Shown one piece after another: positions 1 through 12,120 of a DNA stretch of 64,000 bases (positions within the stretch are counted from its first letter, which is position 1; each line of letters starts with the position of its first letter). Source of the stretch: Iphione sp. A-MEVVRFRX5 (taxonomy: Eukaryota); the NCBI GenBank assembly GCA_976226885.1, contig OZ320315.1, positions 63,488,001-63,552,000 on the forward strand, written 5' to 3'. The position numbers were made by a program, and so were the translations under genes. Under the pieces are notes generated by a model. That model made no database searches. It worked only from the letters and a program-made list of their open reading frames with translations, and was not told the DNA's origin.

Positions 1-490
1 TAGGGAGAGAAAGAGGAAGGGAGGTGGTAAAGAACGGTGGAATAAGGTACTTTTACCTGTGCTGGTGACTGTGTAGAAGATATGAAAGGAGCGTAGGAGG
101 AAGGTACATCAGTGGTTTGGAAGGAAGGCACTCAGTAGTCAATTGATGGTTTCTAATGATGTAGTTCGGAGTTAATGGGGGGGGGGCGGGAGAGAAGAGG
201 TAGGTGGGTTCCTAATAATATAGTTCGGAGTTAATGCCGGAGAGAGGAGGTAGGTAGGAGTCATCGGCATTAGACCTTTCGAGGATAACGGAACAGCAGA
301 AAGAGAAGCGGAGGAGATACTTCGAAGAAGAGGGGGGGGGGAAGAGAGGGAACGATGGAAGTGGGAGGGGGGCATCAGGCTGAAGGTGGAGGTGGGCAAT
401 ATTTCATGCAGCCCGGAACCGGAAACTGACATCAGGTGAGGGCGACACGAACGCCGGCTCCAAGCATGGCAGACGCGAACAAAGAGGGAT
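1..490 (-). mobile_element. Degenerate non-LTR retrotransposon (LINE) fragment: ORF1/ORF2 junction and start of APE endonuclease
   Basis: The minus strand reads TCACCTGA (439-432), then ATG AAA (407-402) and, after a 1-nt shift, I-A-H-L-H-L-Q, resembling the APE start MKIAHLN(V/I)Q. Further on is TPNYIIRN, resembling the IPxYxIxRxDR motif. The strand is C-rich, and a similar junction occurs at 58298-58320. Confidence 0.4.
153..259. repeat. Imperfect tandem duplication, about 55-60 bp unit
   Basis: ctaatgatgtagttcggagttaatg...ggagagaagaggtaggtggg (153-208) recurs as ctaataatatagttcggagttaatgccggagagaggaggtaggtagg (212-258). Confidence 0.85.
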
Positions 491-503
491 TGATTTTACA
501 TCG

Positions 504-517
504 GTTGTTATGGCAAC
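504..517. promoter_or_regulatory. RFX X-box-like motif
   Basis: GTTGTTATGGCAAC fits the palindromic X-box consensus GTNRYYATRRNAAC. Motif match only. Confidence 0.3.
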
Positions 518-1280
518 CTGAGTTCTGATGGTCACATGAGCTGGTGAGCAGCAGGTGGGAGGGGGAGGTGCGATCTATGGGGATCATTGGAGGGTAAGGC
601 CAGACCCGTTAGTAGAGAGGCGGCGTCGGAGAAATCAACCTTGTTTCAATTATGACCTTGTGGAGTACATAATCCATGTCGTAAAAATATTCCACATACT
701 TTACACATATGGTACATACATTTCACTTATTCACTCTCTTACATTGCCACATCATAATATCAAATCGTTACCAAAACCTTTACTTTTAGGTTGATAGCAT
801 CTTCTGTCAACGTTAGATCTTTGGCTGGGAGAATTATCCGTACGTATATATGATCAGCCTTGAAAGCGTACTGTGTTAAACAAATCACTGCGTCCGGTGT
901 AAAATTATAGTATTCTTATAGAATGTATTGATTAGTTCCAGAAAGATGGTAGAGCGGATGAATGTTTATTCACGCTGAGATAAAGCTTTATTGGCACAAA
1001 GTTCAAGCAGCATCATGTCAAATATGAACTAGGTATCTGAATCAGGGCAACAGAGGTGAGGGGAGTATGCACTGTTAATAGTGTATAACTGTGTGAAAGA
1101 TGACTTTGACAACCATTTTGCCGATAGGGCATTTACCTTCGGGCCACGCAAAACGACAGAGAAACCCAGATCATGCAAGTGCGGTTTAGAAAAGCAGGAT
1201 TAAGACCCCCCCCACCTTGGTGGGGTTTGAACAGGACTGACAGACATTTGACATTGATCCCTAGCGCCATACTTGCTGCA

Positions 1281-1294
1281 CTGCCCCCTGGCGG
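1281..1294 (-). promoter_or_regulatory. CTCF-like motif
   Basis: Minus strand reads CCGCCAGGGGGCAG versus consensus CC(A/G)SYAGRKGGCRS. Motif match only. Confidence 0.3.
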
Positions 1295-4200
1295 CAAGTA
1301 GGACGACAGTGTTGGTGGCGGGGTCGAGGAGAGTGATGAAAAAACACGCATGGTAGTGCCCACCACTTAGCCCCTGCAGCAGCGCCACTAGGCGGCGCGG
1401 CTGTTTGCCATAGCATGCGAACTAGGGACCAATCGATGCTTTAATGTAAGCATAAATCCACAGGCTAGATGGTTTCTCGCAATGTTCTACCACCGCCGTC
1501 CTGTTTACCGTGCCTGATATTAAGGAACCCAATGGTCTGGGCATCGCCTTACCTGCACTCCTAGCACTTGGTCATTGTGGTTAGGCACACTGGACGGCGC
1601 ATGGACACGGGGCATTGTAATATCCCTCAGACGCAGTCAATGTTAGACTTGCCTATGTGATTTCAGTGAAGCCTTATGGCAGGAATTGCCCCGTAATTAT
1701 AAATTATTGGTTCAACACAGCAACCCGATATTTAACATACATACATTCATGTAGGCTAAATGTTCACAAGACCATACTTTGTGACAGGTTGTCCAGTCAC
1801 AACCTACAATCCGTGTTTCTTTAATTGGGACACTAACACGTGTCCATGTGTGTCTAAAGATGTGCGGTCGTCCAGGTACATGCAACGTCCAACCACATGT
1901 GCAATCCAGCTTGTACGCAACATAAATTTCAGATGAACAGTTTGAGTCTCCCAGTGACTCTCAAAGTTCCCGACCTGAACGTGGAGTGTCTGAAGGGAGG
2001 CCCTGAGCAGTTGATCTAGAAGTTTAACAAAATTTCGGAGGCTGTGGCCATGAGACGCTGTCGCCATCTCTCTCCTCCACCTCCTGCTACTCCTGCTCCA
2101 CCACCTCCTGCTCTTAGAGGTCATGTCTCCGGGAGCATTGGCCTGGAGTCCTGGCCAAGTAAGGAGCCGCCAGAATTACTGTCACTTAAGTAATCCCATT
2201 TGGTGGGCTTCTTCCGCACTTTATTCTAATAGAATGGCATGTCTGTAGTCAAAGCGGATTATCCCTCTCGCCGAGTCTCGGCGGCCATCGTGAGCTTGTT
2301 CTCTCTCTCCGCCCCCCCCCCCTTCCCACGTTCTCCTCCCTCTTCCTCCTTCTCGCGAGGCATCCCGACGTGCCCGCGCACCGTCACGTGAACAGCGATC
2401 CGCCATCGATCACCCGAGTTGTAAATGAGTCAAACTTGACGAAAGCGAAGGGATTTATTTGTGTAGTGAAAAAAAGTGTGTATCTGATGTGGTGTGTATT
2501 GCTTTATATGTGTGTAGGGGGGTGTGTGTTTGCAACGCTTTTTCCACAATGGCAGACGGGTCCTGACAATTTCCGCCAAGATTAAGGTTATCACTTGAAT
2601 GATTCAGTTTCCCCGTTTCCTTTTACGTATACTGATCTAATCTGTTTCTTTAAGCCATGTAAATCGACCGATCAGCTTAAAGGTGATCCGACTAATTCCA
2701 AGATTTCAATTCATTATAAAGAAGGGACATATGCCATTATTCTACCATTATTTTATCCACGCAGGTATGTGCATTATGTTTTCGGTGTATTTATATACGC
2801 GCACATACAATATATTCTGTGGTAGCGCCACACGTTGCTCTCCATCTGAGTCACAGTTGGGCTGGCTAAAGCGCTTGTCTGCTACAGTTCTTGAGAGAGA
2901 AAAAAACACGTCACAGACCGTTGTCAGCAGCTGAGGCTAGCGGCTGTGCGTGACATCTCAGCCTTCCTGAAACCCCAAACTAGGCAGTGGGCACCGAAAA
3001 TGGTTGTCCTTCGCCTCGACACACACTCGCACATACAGCTACACACACTCAAACCAACACTGCCTCTCTCGGGAAGCACAGCCGGGCTTTTCTCTCACTG
3101 GTAGCAACACTGATAAGGTGTCTTGAATTGTACTTATTCTTCTCTCTCCCTCTCTAGTCTACCCCTTTTCCATTTCACTGTGCTGCTGTTCAGCCTTTAT
3201 TTCACTCGTCCTACTCACTCCTTCCCTTGACACGTACGTCCGTGCCCCATGTTTCTATCCCTGTCAACCCCTCCCTTGATCCATGTGGTGTCTCCCCTCC
3301 CAAACCATATCATGACCTTCACCTATTCAGCCTCAATGTGCCGTCCTGTATTTGTAGCTAATGTCCTGAATCCGGATTCAACTCCATCACAGCTCTAACC
3401 TCTCCTATCTTTCCATTCCCGCATTACTTTCAGCCTCCAGGCAACATTCCTCCTGGAGAAAGGACAGGTAACCATGGCAGCACCTGGCCATGACCTTTGG
3501 TGCTGGCGGCACAACGTGTCCTGCCTGAAGCTTGAGCCGACAAAAGGTTGCTAAGTGCAGGTGGCGCCATGCTGCAGCAGCCTCCTTATTGTTACCATCA
3601 ATTTAGGTTAACCTCGAGATAGTTCTCGCAACTACAATGGGTTTACCAGAGCGGGTTCCTATCACTCCACCCTAAACTCACTTAGGTCCACTTAGCGATA
3701 TTACTTCCATTTCACAGCACTAACAAAATTTCTGCCTGTCTCTCTCCTGCTCCCTGTTTCGCACGGGAAGAATTTGTCATGTTTCATCCCGCCGTAAGAA
3801 AACGTGGAAAGAAGAAATTACCATTCAATTCTTCGTTTGGAAAAAAATGAAACAAAATAGATACACGTTAAAGTACAATCTAAACCTAGGTAAAGACGTT
3901 CTTTCGACTTGGAAAAAGTTCCTTTTTGTTGAACTTAACAAAGTGAAAGGTGTATTTGATCATACGTTCCCTACGGTATTCTTCGCTATAATAGATAACA
4001 GGCTTTAGCAGACCAAAAAGGATACCCCTGTGTGGTATCAGTGGAGCATCCTGATCTCTTGATAATACCATTTCTTTTCTAAATGGTATGTCACAGGTTT
4101 AGAAGACTTCTTTCTAAATGGCTTTGCTTTTCCGGAAGGAACAAACCAGAACGGTCTTACAATAGAGTCTATAGAGTGGTCTACGTCAGCCGAGAGACAG

Positions 4201-6207
4201 GCAATCTGAGCGACCGTGGCGCCCCCTTTGATGGCGCCTCAGCGGCGGCTTGCGGCACCTTTCATCTCGGCCTCTTGAGAGAAGGCATGGCGCCCTCTGG
4301 CCAGAGCCTCGGTATCTGCCGCCGCTTTAAATTAACGCACCCAACCACCCTCCCGCCCACCTCACCCCGACCCTGAAGATGTCGGCGCCAACCACTGCCT
4401 TGGCAGGTCAGGGCCACCCTGACGCCTCTACTAGCGTCAACTGCTGTCGCCTGCCGTAACTAGCTGCTTGTTACAATGCATTCCATCACTCCTCGTGGCT
4501 GACTGGTCGACCGGTCGGATCTTATGGCCACGTACTATTGTGACTGGCCGGGGACCGGAGCCAAGATAGCGCTGGACAAGAAAGGACCCAGAATAGAACC
4601 TTGACGCAGACCGGTCGGTGAGTGTTGGCTTGTCTAGCTGAACCAGTCAATGGTCAGTGTATCTATATTCAGTACTCACTGCATATAGGTGTATATAGAA
4701 TAACGGAACATAATGTTCGCTCGCATCTGTAGCTGAGGGGTAAACTGCATTTCCTGTTTATATAATAAGTAAAAGTGACTAAATAGTTACGAGTAAATTG
4801 AGAGCCGATGTCAACGGAGGTTGAACTATTGGTCTAGCTCGATTCAATGTTCGTGCCATTTTCTCAACCTTCTTTCCAAATTAGAAAAAATAATGTAAAC
4901 CAAGCTTTAAATAATTCCCTACTCACCTTACGTGAGCGTACATAATGAGCATGACACAGCTATGAATATTTAAGGCTCAAAGCCTTATGTAGTGATCGCC
5001 TGAAACGGTTGAGATGCAAGTGGCACTTCATGTCCAATATCTATCCCAGATTGCAACCAACTTTGGCGACCGATGCTTCAAAAGGAAGGATAAAGGGCAT
5101 GTAGTCTAACTGTAAGGATCGCCACCTGTAGCTGAGTGGATGCATTACATTTATAACAGCTCGATGACAATGCCGTTCTCGGTTTAAGCGATAACACAAG
5201 GTTCTAAGGCGCATGCGCGGTTGAAATTCTAGTGACTGCCGGTGTAGCCACTAGGCTTAACGGCAATCTGAGAACCAGCTTGGAGCTGCCTTTCAGGCGG
5301 CCTCCTGGGTGGCATTGTTCAATGGTGGGAAGTTTCAATGAACAACCTACTCACCCTGCTTTAATCACGCTACCAAGCATACACGCACACATATATATGC
5401 GCACTATCTGTCTGATTCAATCAACCAGACTCCTTAACAAGAGCGTCCAACGGTACAGCAAAGACCGTATCACATCGACTCCATTTTGGCCTTTTTCCGT
5501 AGAGCAGTAGCCTGTCCCCACTACCCAGCGTGAGGAATGAGTGCGGCATGCAGGCAGGCTTGTAGTGGTAATGAATAAACGGTGCGTATCTTGAATAAGG
5601 CAATAAGTGTGCTGTGATACATCCATATATATATAATTCTGAGCTGCTCAGCCACCATTGCTTATGTATAAGGGTTGACAGTGGAGCACCTCCAAGTGTA
5701 GTCTTTGTTGGTTGTTTTGTTACCTCCCAACATTGCTCTATACAGGTGACGATGGCATCTTCCTACGCGCTATTGGTTTTCTCATAACAAAGCAAATGCT
5801 AATGAATTTGTGGAATCCACCTCCTGCCGTTCCCGGTATCACCTGGCTTTAGTCCCGGCTACTACAGCAACAGCAAGACATCATATCCGCTGCCACCCAC
5901 CACAAACTACTTTCCTGCTACGGCCGGTCAAGAACCACCATTGCCTGGTGCTATCAACATCATCTTCCCAGCATAATATCAGCAACAACGACCATTGTCA
6001 CCACTGCAGATAGTACCCTTTTAGTTTATTTATAATATGAAAGAATCCCTATGATCATATGTTGCCTGTCACAAACATATGCCCAAAATGTTGACCATGA
6101 GGGATGGCAAGGTATAACACGTGAATATCATCGTGAATATTTAAAAAAAATGGTAAATTATTTTTAAGTGCAAGTATTCCTAACTGTTTTAGCCTTGTTA
6201 TATTGTC

Positions 6208-6475
6208 ACAACCACAAACACCACCACTTATAACCAACAGTTACCACACACCACCACTACTACCACCACCACCTACCGCCACTACCAGCTACCAACATCG
6301 ATGCTGCTACTACCATGAAATCGAAGCAATCATCATTCAGCCCGAACCCCTGCAGCACTGACCTCCCACGACGGACACTACAGTGTCACCACAACCCACC
6401 ATCACCTGCGTCTCCACCCACAATCTCCACCACTACCTCCCACAGTCACCACCACCACCACCACTGCTACAACCA
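6208..6475. repeat. Degenerate (CCA/CAC)n low-complexity tract
   Basis: Runs such as ccaccactactaccaccaccacc and caccaccaccaccaccac. Confidence 0.8.
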
Positions 6476-6789
6476 TGGCTGTCCAGCGTACGCTGCCTGG
6501 TGGGCAGCTAGCGGTCTGGCTACCATTTCCTGCCAGGCTGGCCGATATGTTTGAGACGGAGGGCCGGAGTAGACGCCCAACCAGCAGGGCTCGGCGGTCG
6601 GTATGAGTGATTACGAGAGTACTGCGACCAGCCTTATCTTGCAATTCACCTCTCACCTTTCCAGCCCCTGCCTTATAACTCAGTGGGCACGTAGTCTGAC
6701 CATACTGCGTGTGAAATGTGTGTGTGTGTTTGTATGTTTTTTTGCGTGTGTGTATGGATGTCTGGGTGGATGGGTGATTGCTAGAGTAG

Positions 6790-7000
6790 AAGTAGGGAGA
6801 TAGGAAACATGTCTGGGCACCTGAAGGATAGGCTCATGGTAATGAGGCATGGAAGATTGCTTGAGAGATCCGTTTTGGTGCGTATCTACATGGAAGCTTG
6901 CCTTAGGGAATTAAGAAACAGTTAAAAGGTTCACTCCGTCTTTGCCTAAAGGGAAATGATGAAGGCATCATAGAAAAGGAGGGGGGGGATCTCGAGGCTG
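6790..7000 (-). pseudogene. Possible highly decayed tyrosine recombinase fragment (DIRS order)
   Basis: One minus frame with several stops reads ...YDAFII...IRTKTDL (TKTD at 6879-6868) then RCP (CP at 6819-6814), echoing the YR motifs AF..LRxSE, IRxSKTD and CPV. Weak. Confidence 0.25.
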
Positions 7001-9141
7001 AGTGAAAGGGAGAGGGGGGATTCGGGAGTATCGAGCAAGGATATCACTTGGATGAGGCTTAACGATATCTGGGTGTTAGACAAGGGCATTGGGTGACGGC
7101 GGTTTGGCAGTTGCTTGCGCGGAGGAAGGATGGGTTGGCTGGAAGGATGAAAGTAATGGAAGATTCGAAGGGGATACCAATGGGCTGTATCCAGCAGCGT
7201 ACAGAAGGAGGGGGGTGCAATAGTAGCTGGTTATAGAACTTGGCTCCGTGGAGGTGGCGCTAGAGCACAGAAACCTGCGGTTGGCAGGCGGGCTTGGTTA
7301 GCGGTCTTGGGTGGAGACGGTATAGGATCTAGGCGTGCCAGACAGGACCGACCATCCCGCCATATGGGAATGTTCCCAGTCATTCCTAGTCCAGATTAAA
7401 TCGACAAAAAAGGAATTAAATACTTAATTTTTCCCTCAGCTGATTGTACATTAACTGTAGACAGAACAGCTGGAACTGATATGTGACAGGTTACATACAC
7501 AAAGTTAGAAGAGTTTTATTTTGAAGAAAAACCTTAAGCACCTGGATATGAAATATAAAAGCTTTGGGGCAGTAAAACTGTCTTCACTAGAGGGAGTTTC
7601 TGTGCTGCCCTTGCTTGCTTAAACGGGGGAAATAAATAAATGAGCATAAAAGTAAGGAAGTAAGCACCTAAAGATTATGGTACTACCATTGCTGATATAC
7701 CGAGGAGTTCCAACATATCCTTAGTTGTAGCTCTGCTACAAGCATTATGGGCTGTCCTGCCCCCCTTCCCCCGCTTCTTTTATATCTAAGCTAGCTAACC
7801 ACTCAAGCAAAAACTAACCGGACTAACCCGTCTAAATTGAAAGGCGTTGAATGACTGAAGCCACAGTCTGGCTTCTACTATGGGAAAGTGGTCATCCCAC
7901 CTTCAAGCACTCACTGACCCGCCCCAGCAGACGTAAACGCCATCTGGCTGCAATCGGGCGAATATAAAGCCAGTTTGCAGCGGTCTTAAAGCTGTTACTG
8001 TGGTCCATGCGTTTATTTCGTTCATTTTTTCTCGTGTCTTTGAAGTTTATGTAGCGTATCACTACGGTTCTGTCCAGTTTTTGTCATTCAGCCTCTCATC
8101 TCTCCTGGCCCATGCCGGATGTGATTTAATTCCAGTTCAGTAAACTAATCAGACACCGATGCTCCTTTTTATGACTGAAAGTCTTAAATGAAATTTATAA
8201 CAAATGCACTGGAAAGGGATGAAGCATTATGGTATGGTCACAAAGGGTTTTTAAAAACGTCCAAAATGAAGAATGGATATGTAGGCATTTTACCTTCTTT
8301 ATTTCTGTGTATGCTTTAACACTATTGGTCTATCTTAGATTTAGAAACATCATATAATTTGAAACAGCAACGTTTACCAAGAACCATCACTGAACACCCA
8401 ACGTATCTATTACGTTCATGTGTCTCTATACAAACCAAAATGGCTTCTATTAAGTCAAAAATAAGCCGCAAACAAATGTTATTTGCTCAACACCAACACC
8501 AACAACACCACAGTGCTTGCGTTATCTGCAGCCCCAGCCACCATTACAACAGCACCCAGTACCCTGATCCCAGTTTAGGAAGACGTGGTCAATATCAAGG
8601 ACCTGACTCTGTCCTGTTCAGATGAAGAGGAAACCAACAACTCTCCTTCATCCCACAGTGATGACCTGGAGGGTGGCGCGATCTAGGGGACTGAAGAACC
8701 AGTGCAACACACAGTACCAGTTCCTGAGACTCAAAGACAAAGACCCCAGCAGCCCTGGGTGCACTTGATGGTGCACAGAGTGAACAGAGAAGAAGACATA
8801 ATGAAAATGCTGAGAGTAGATACTGTCCCATCAGGGGAACTCTAATGGAACTTGTACATGATTGGTAATAAGACCAGAATGTAGGTTGGTCCCTGAAGCC
8901 AACCCTCATCAATGAGGGTTATATCAGCAGAAACCATTAGATATCATATTGCATATGCCTAAAATTCTTTTGAACATTACAAGTTAGTATTTGTTTAACA
9001 CATAAATTGTAACCAGTTCCATTGACTCAAAGCTCAGGCAAATAAGGCCATCCTAATATGACAGTCAGCCATTTTGAATATTTTTAATTCATTATAGTTA
9101 ACACAATTCTTAATATGATACACCCTTATTCAAAGCACTGC

Positions 9142-9179
9142 ACTCCTGATGAAGGCCTACTTATGCCAAAACATTGAGT
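9142..9179 (+). ncRNA. Fossil minimal type I hammerhead ribozyme (Penelope-like element type), probably inactive
   Basis: ACTC-CTGATGA-A-GGC(ctacttat)GCC-AAAA-CATT-GAGT. Stem I (ACTC/GAGT), the CUGAUGA core and stem II (GGC/GCC) are intact. GAAA reads AAAA and ACGT reads ACAT; both are CpG-to-CpA changes from GCCGAAACGTT. Confidence 0.6.
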
Positions 9180-10269
9180 CTGCAAAATTCTAACCAACAT
9201 ATGGCTTATTAAAAGCAAACTAATCAATTGAATATGGATGGTGTGGTTTTGTGTGTTAGTACCCCTATAGACAAATGTTATATTCCTTGTTGATTGCAGT
9301 TTGTTTGACAAGACATAACCAAGTACATATATGTTATTGGTATCCTCAAGTTTCATAATCTGTTCCTTCTATTATCGTCTTTGAATCCGTGTTTCACTTT
9401 CAAATTATGTTCCTTGTAAAGTCCCCATCGCAGCCAAATTCTCTGTCTTTATCTTCCTCTAGCCCTATCTCCTTAACATCTCTCCTGCTACCGCACTGCT
9501 GTTCCTATCTTCTTTGTCTCTTAGGTTTTCTCTTCATCCCTCCTTCCATTCTTCTTTCTTCCCCAATGTCTGCCCCCTTACACCTCTCTCGTTCTCCCTC
9601 TGTCGTTCCGTCTGTCCCTGTCTCCTTTTCCTCTTACCCCATCATCGAAGGGTGCCTCAAATGCCTGAAAACACTGACAGAGGGCTTTATGGCGCGAACA
9701 AGGAGGGCGATTACCGTGCGGATTAGAGCCCATCCTGTATGCTAAGCCAGAAAAAAAGCCCATAGCGTTCCCGGCATGATTGATGATACCTATCACCAGA
9801 CCAGCATTGGCGAGGTCCCTCTCGCCCTCTCCCTAGGAGTCGGGATCTGCAGCCAACCCGGTGGCGGCCGGGTGGGGGAGGCAGTGGAGAGAAGGGAGGG
9901 GGTTTTATTTGCAAGTGAAAGCATCGGCACCCACCACACCTCAGCGGGCTGCCGCAGCATTACCTGGCCGCCAAGGATGATGGGTCCATTTCAATTTAAT
10001 TTAACGTTTCATTTGCCGATGCAGTTCCCGCGTTGAAGTATATGGCGGGAACAAATGGGCCATAGAGGGACTTGAAGTACGGCGCACGCCTCAGACAATG
10101 ATGTCAATCATTAAGCCTTCCTAGAGGCTGATGGATAGTTCAAAGCCTAAGGCCTGGTACAGATCACATCGCAGCCAAAACAATTAACCCGTAATGCCCC
10201 AGCCAACGGCCACACACACGCCTTAAAGGTAAAGGTCGTGGGATCTTAACGGAGGTAATTTAAGGTATA

Positions 10270-10499
10270 CGTTTGTGATGGATATCCTTTGTTATGGGCC
10301 ATTTGACGTAAGGCGACATTGTAGAAGACTGGTGCTAATGTCATAGGGACCAATCAAAAGAGTTCTAGATAAGAACGAAGATTAAGTTTAGTGAGTTATG
10401 ATCCTCCAGTCGTGCCTGCCTATCAATAACCAGGACGAAGCAGGTGTAAGAGGTCTAACGCAAGTAGGATGGCAATCTGACTATACGTTCAAGTATCTT
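10270..10499 (-). mobile_element. Decayed LINE reverse transcriptase fragment
   Basis: Minus strand reads KILERIVRLPSYL from 10499 (cf. KILERIVxxRLxxYL), then RPG (cf. GFRPG) and SFD at 10361-10353 (cf. KAFD), with stops and frameshifts. Confidence 0.35.
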
Positions 10500-10996
10500 G
10501 TGATGTATAAGCATAGGTACACAAAAATATATTTTTTGTTTCCTAAAAGATCTTTACTACACTATACATGTGCATAATCAGTGGTTTGTATCACACTGGC
10601 CATACAGAAAAAGTTTCCGCATACCCCTATAAATCCATATCTCTCTGCACCTTTTGTTTGTTCAGGTATCTGATACCTCCCGCTCTCCGTCTTTATCTCT
10701 CTTTGAGGCTCTTTCCTCACATAACTCACTCCCCCTCTCCTTTTTTGTCCCTCTTTTGCTCTGCTTATCCTTCCAACCGGTTCCCTGGCTCTCTCCTGTC
10801 TTTTAAATGGCCTCCCCTCCCTACTCATGCATGAAACTACCGCCAACTGTAGCATGCAGCCACACATCCTTTGATAATGCCTGTATTTTCTCTCCCCTTG
10901 TCATCCCCGCTCTCCTCACGCCGGTCTGACCACTCTGTGTAGAGGAGAGTAATGATCCCAAGCTCACCAGCCAGAGCACGCATGCGCTGGAACTCG

Positions 10997-11010
10997 CCAC
11001 TAGATGGCAT
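10997..11010 (+). promoter_or_regulatory. CTCF-like motif
   Basis: CCACTAGATGGCAT, close to the arthropod-type consensus CCACTAGATGGCGC. Confidence 0.35.
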
Positions 11011-11769
11011 GTCCGTCAGGTCGTTTTATCTCACGATGTGCACCGATGTCGTGCCCACGTTCTCCCTCTTACTACTTTCCTGTGGAGATCTACTTCCTTA
11101 TGAAAAAAACCTACCTTGAAATGCTTTAGGTTGCTACCCGCAAAAGCAGGAAACCCTATATACTCTTAAGGATACGGATCGTCTTTGTGTTCATGGATTA
11201 GACGGGACATAGTTCTACTTGGAAATTACTTGAATACACACAGTCATACTCATGCGGTAGAAAATAAAACGTATCTTGTGCATCCCACTGCCAAAGATTT
11301 CGATATAATTTTATAATACAGTAACGGGTAAAAATATTCGTATTAAATATGGGTGTTCGCTATAAGCCCACCCTCATTCCGAATGCTATTAAAGGAGGAG
11401 TCCGGCATACTCTGTCCTAGTAGCAATGGATAAGATATGATATATCAATCTTAAATGAACGTTAGCCACTTCCATACAGGCATTGGGATCCGGTAGCCAG
11501 GCATTCCTATGACTTCTTTTCTCCCTATGTGGTACATGATACATGATACGACGTTAAGTCATGAATATATCTGAATGTATGTTCGCATGTATTTGTTTCT
11601 GTATGAATCATGGTCAGAATACAAATTTTTGGTTGGCTGTCTCGCCATTGTGCTGATCACGTCCAGACATGCGCAATGCTGTAGACAAAAACATAGACAA
11701 TTGTACGACACAGGCAATAGTCCGCGTCAGGACGAAGGTTTACGGGACTTCTACGAACACATAGCTCAC

Positions 11770-12120
11770 ACACTTACATTCCAACAGATTGTACTTACAA
11801 TCACATACACTCACATACATCCTGCCATACCTAAAATGCATACATACTCACAAAATCACATATTTGTACATGCACACAAATACATACAGCCATATCTATA
11901 CTCATTGTACGCACCAACATACGTGCATACCGTCATAGACACATACATGTACATGAATATTCATGCGCATTTAGAAAGCAATATACACTTACACACCCTC
12001 GTAACAAACATGCTAAGACATGTTGAGTTTTCTGTCCGAACATGCTGCCACTTAACTATCGCACATATTCACATGCCTGCACCATTCGCACATACATTCA
12101 TATGCATACATACACAATTT
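11770..12120. repeat. Degenerate CA/CATA-rich low-complexity region
   Basis: Repeated cacatac, acatacat and tacaca words; this produces the His/Thr/Tyr-rich 191-aa ORF. Confidence 0.65.
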
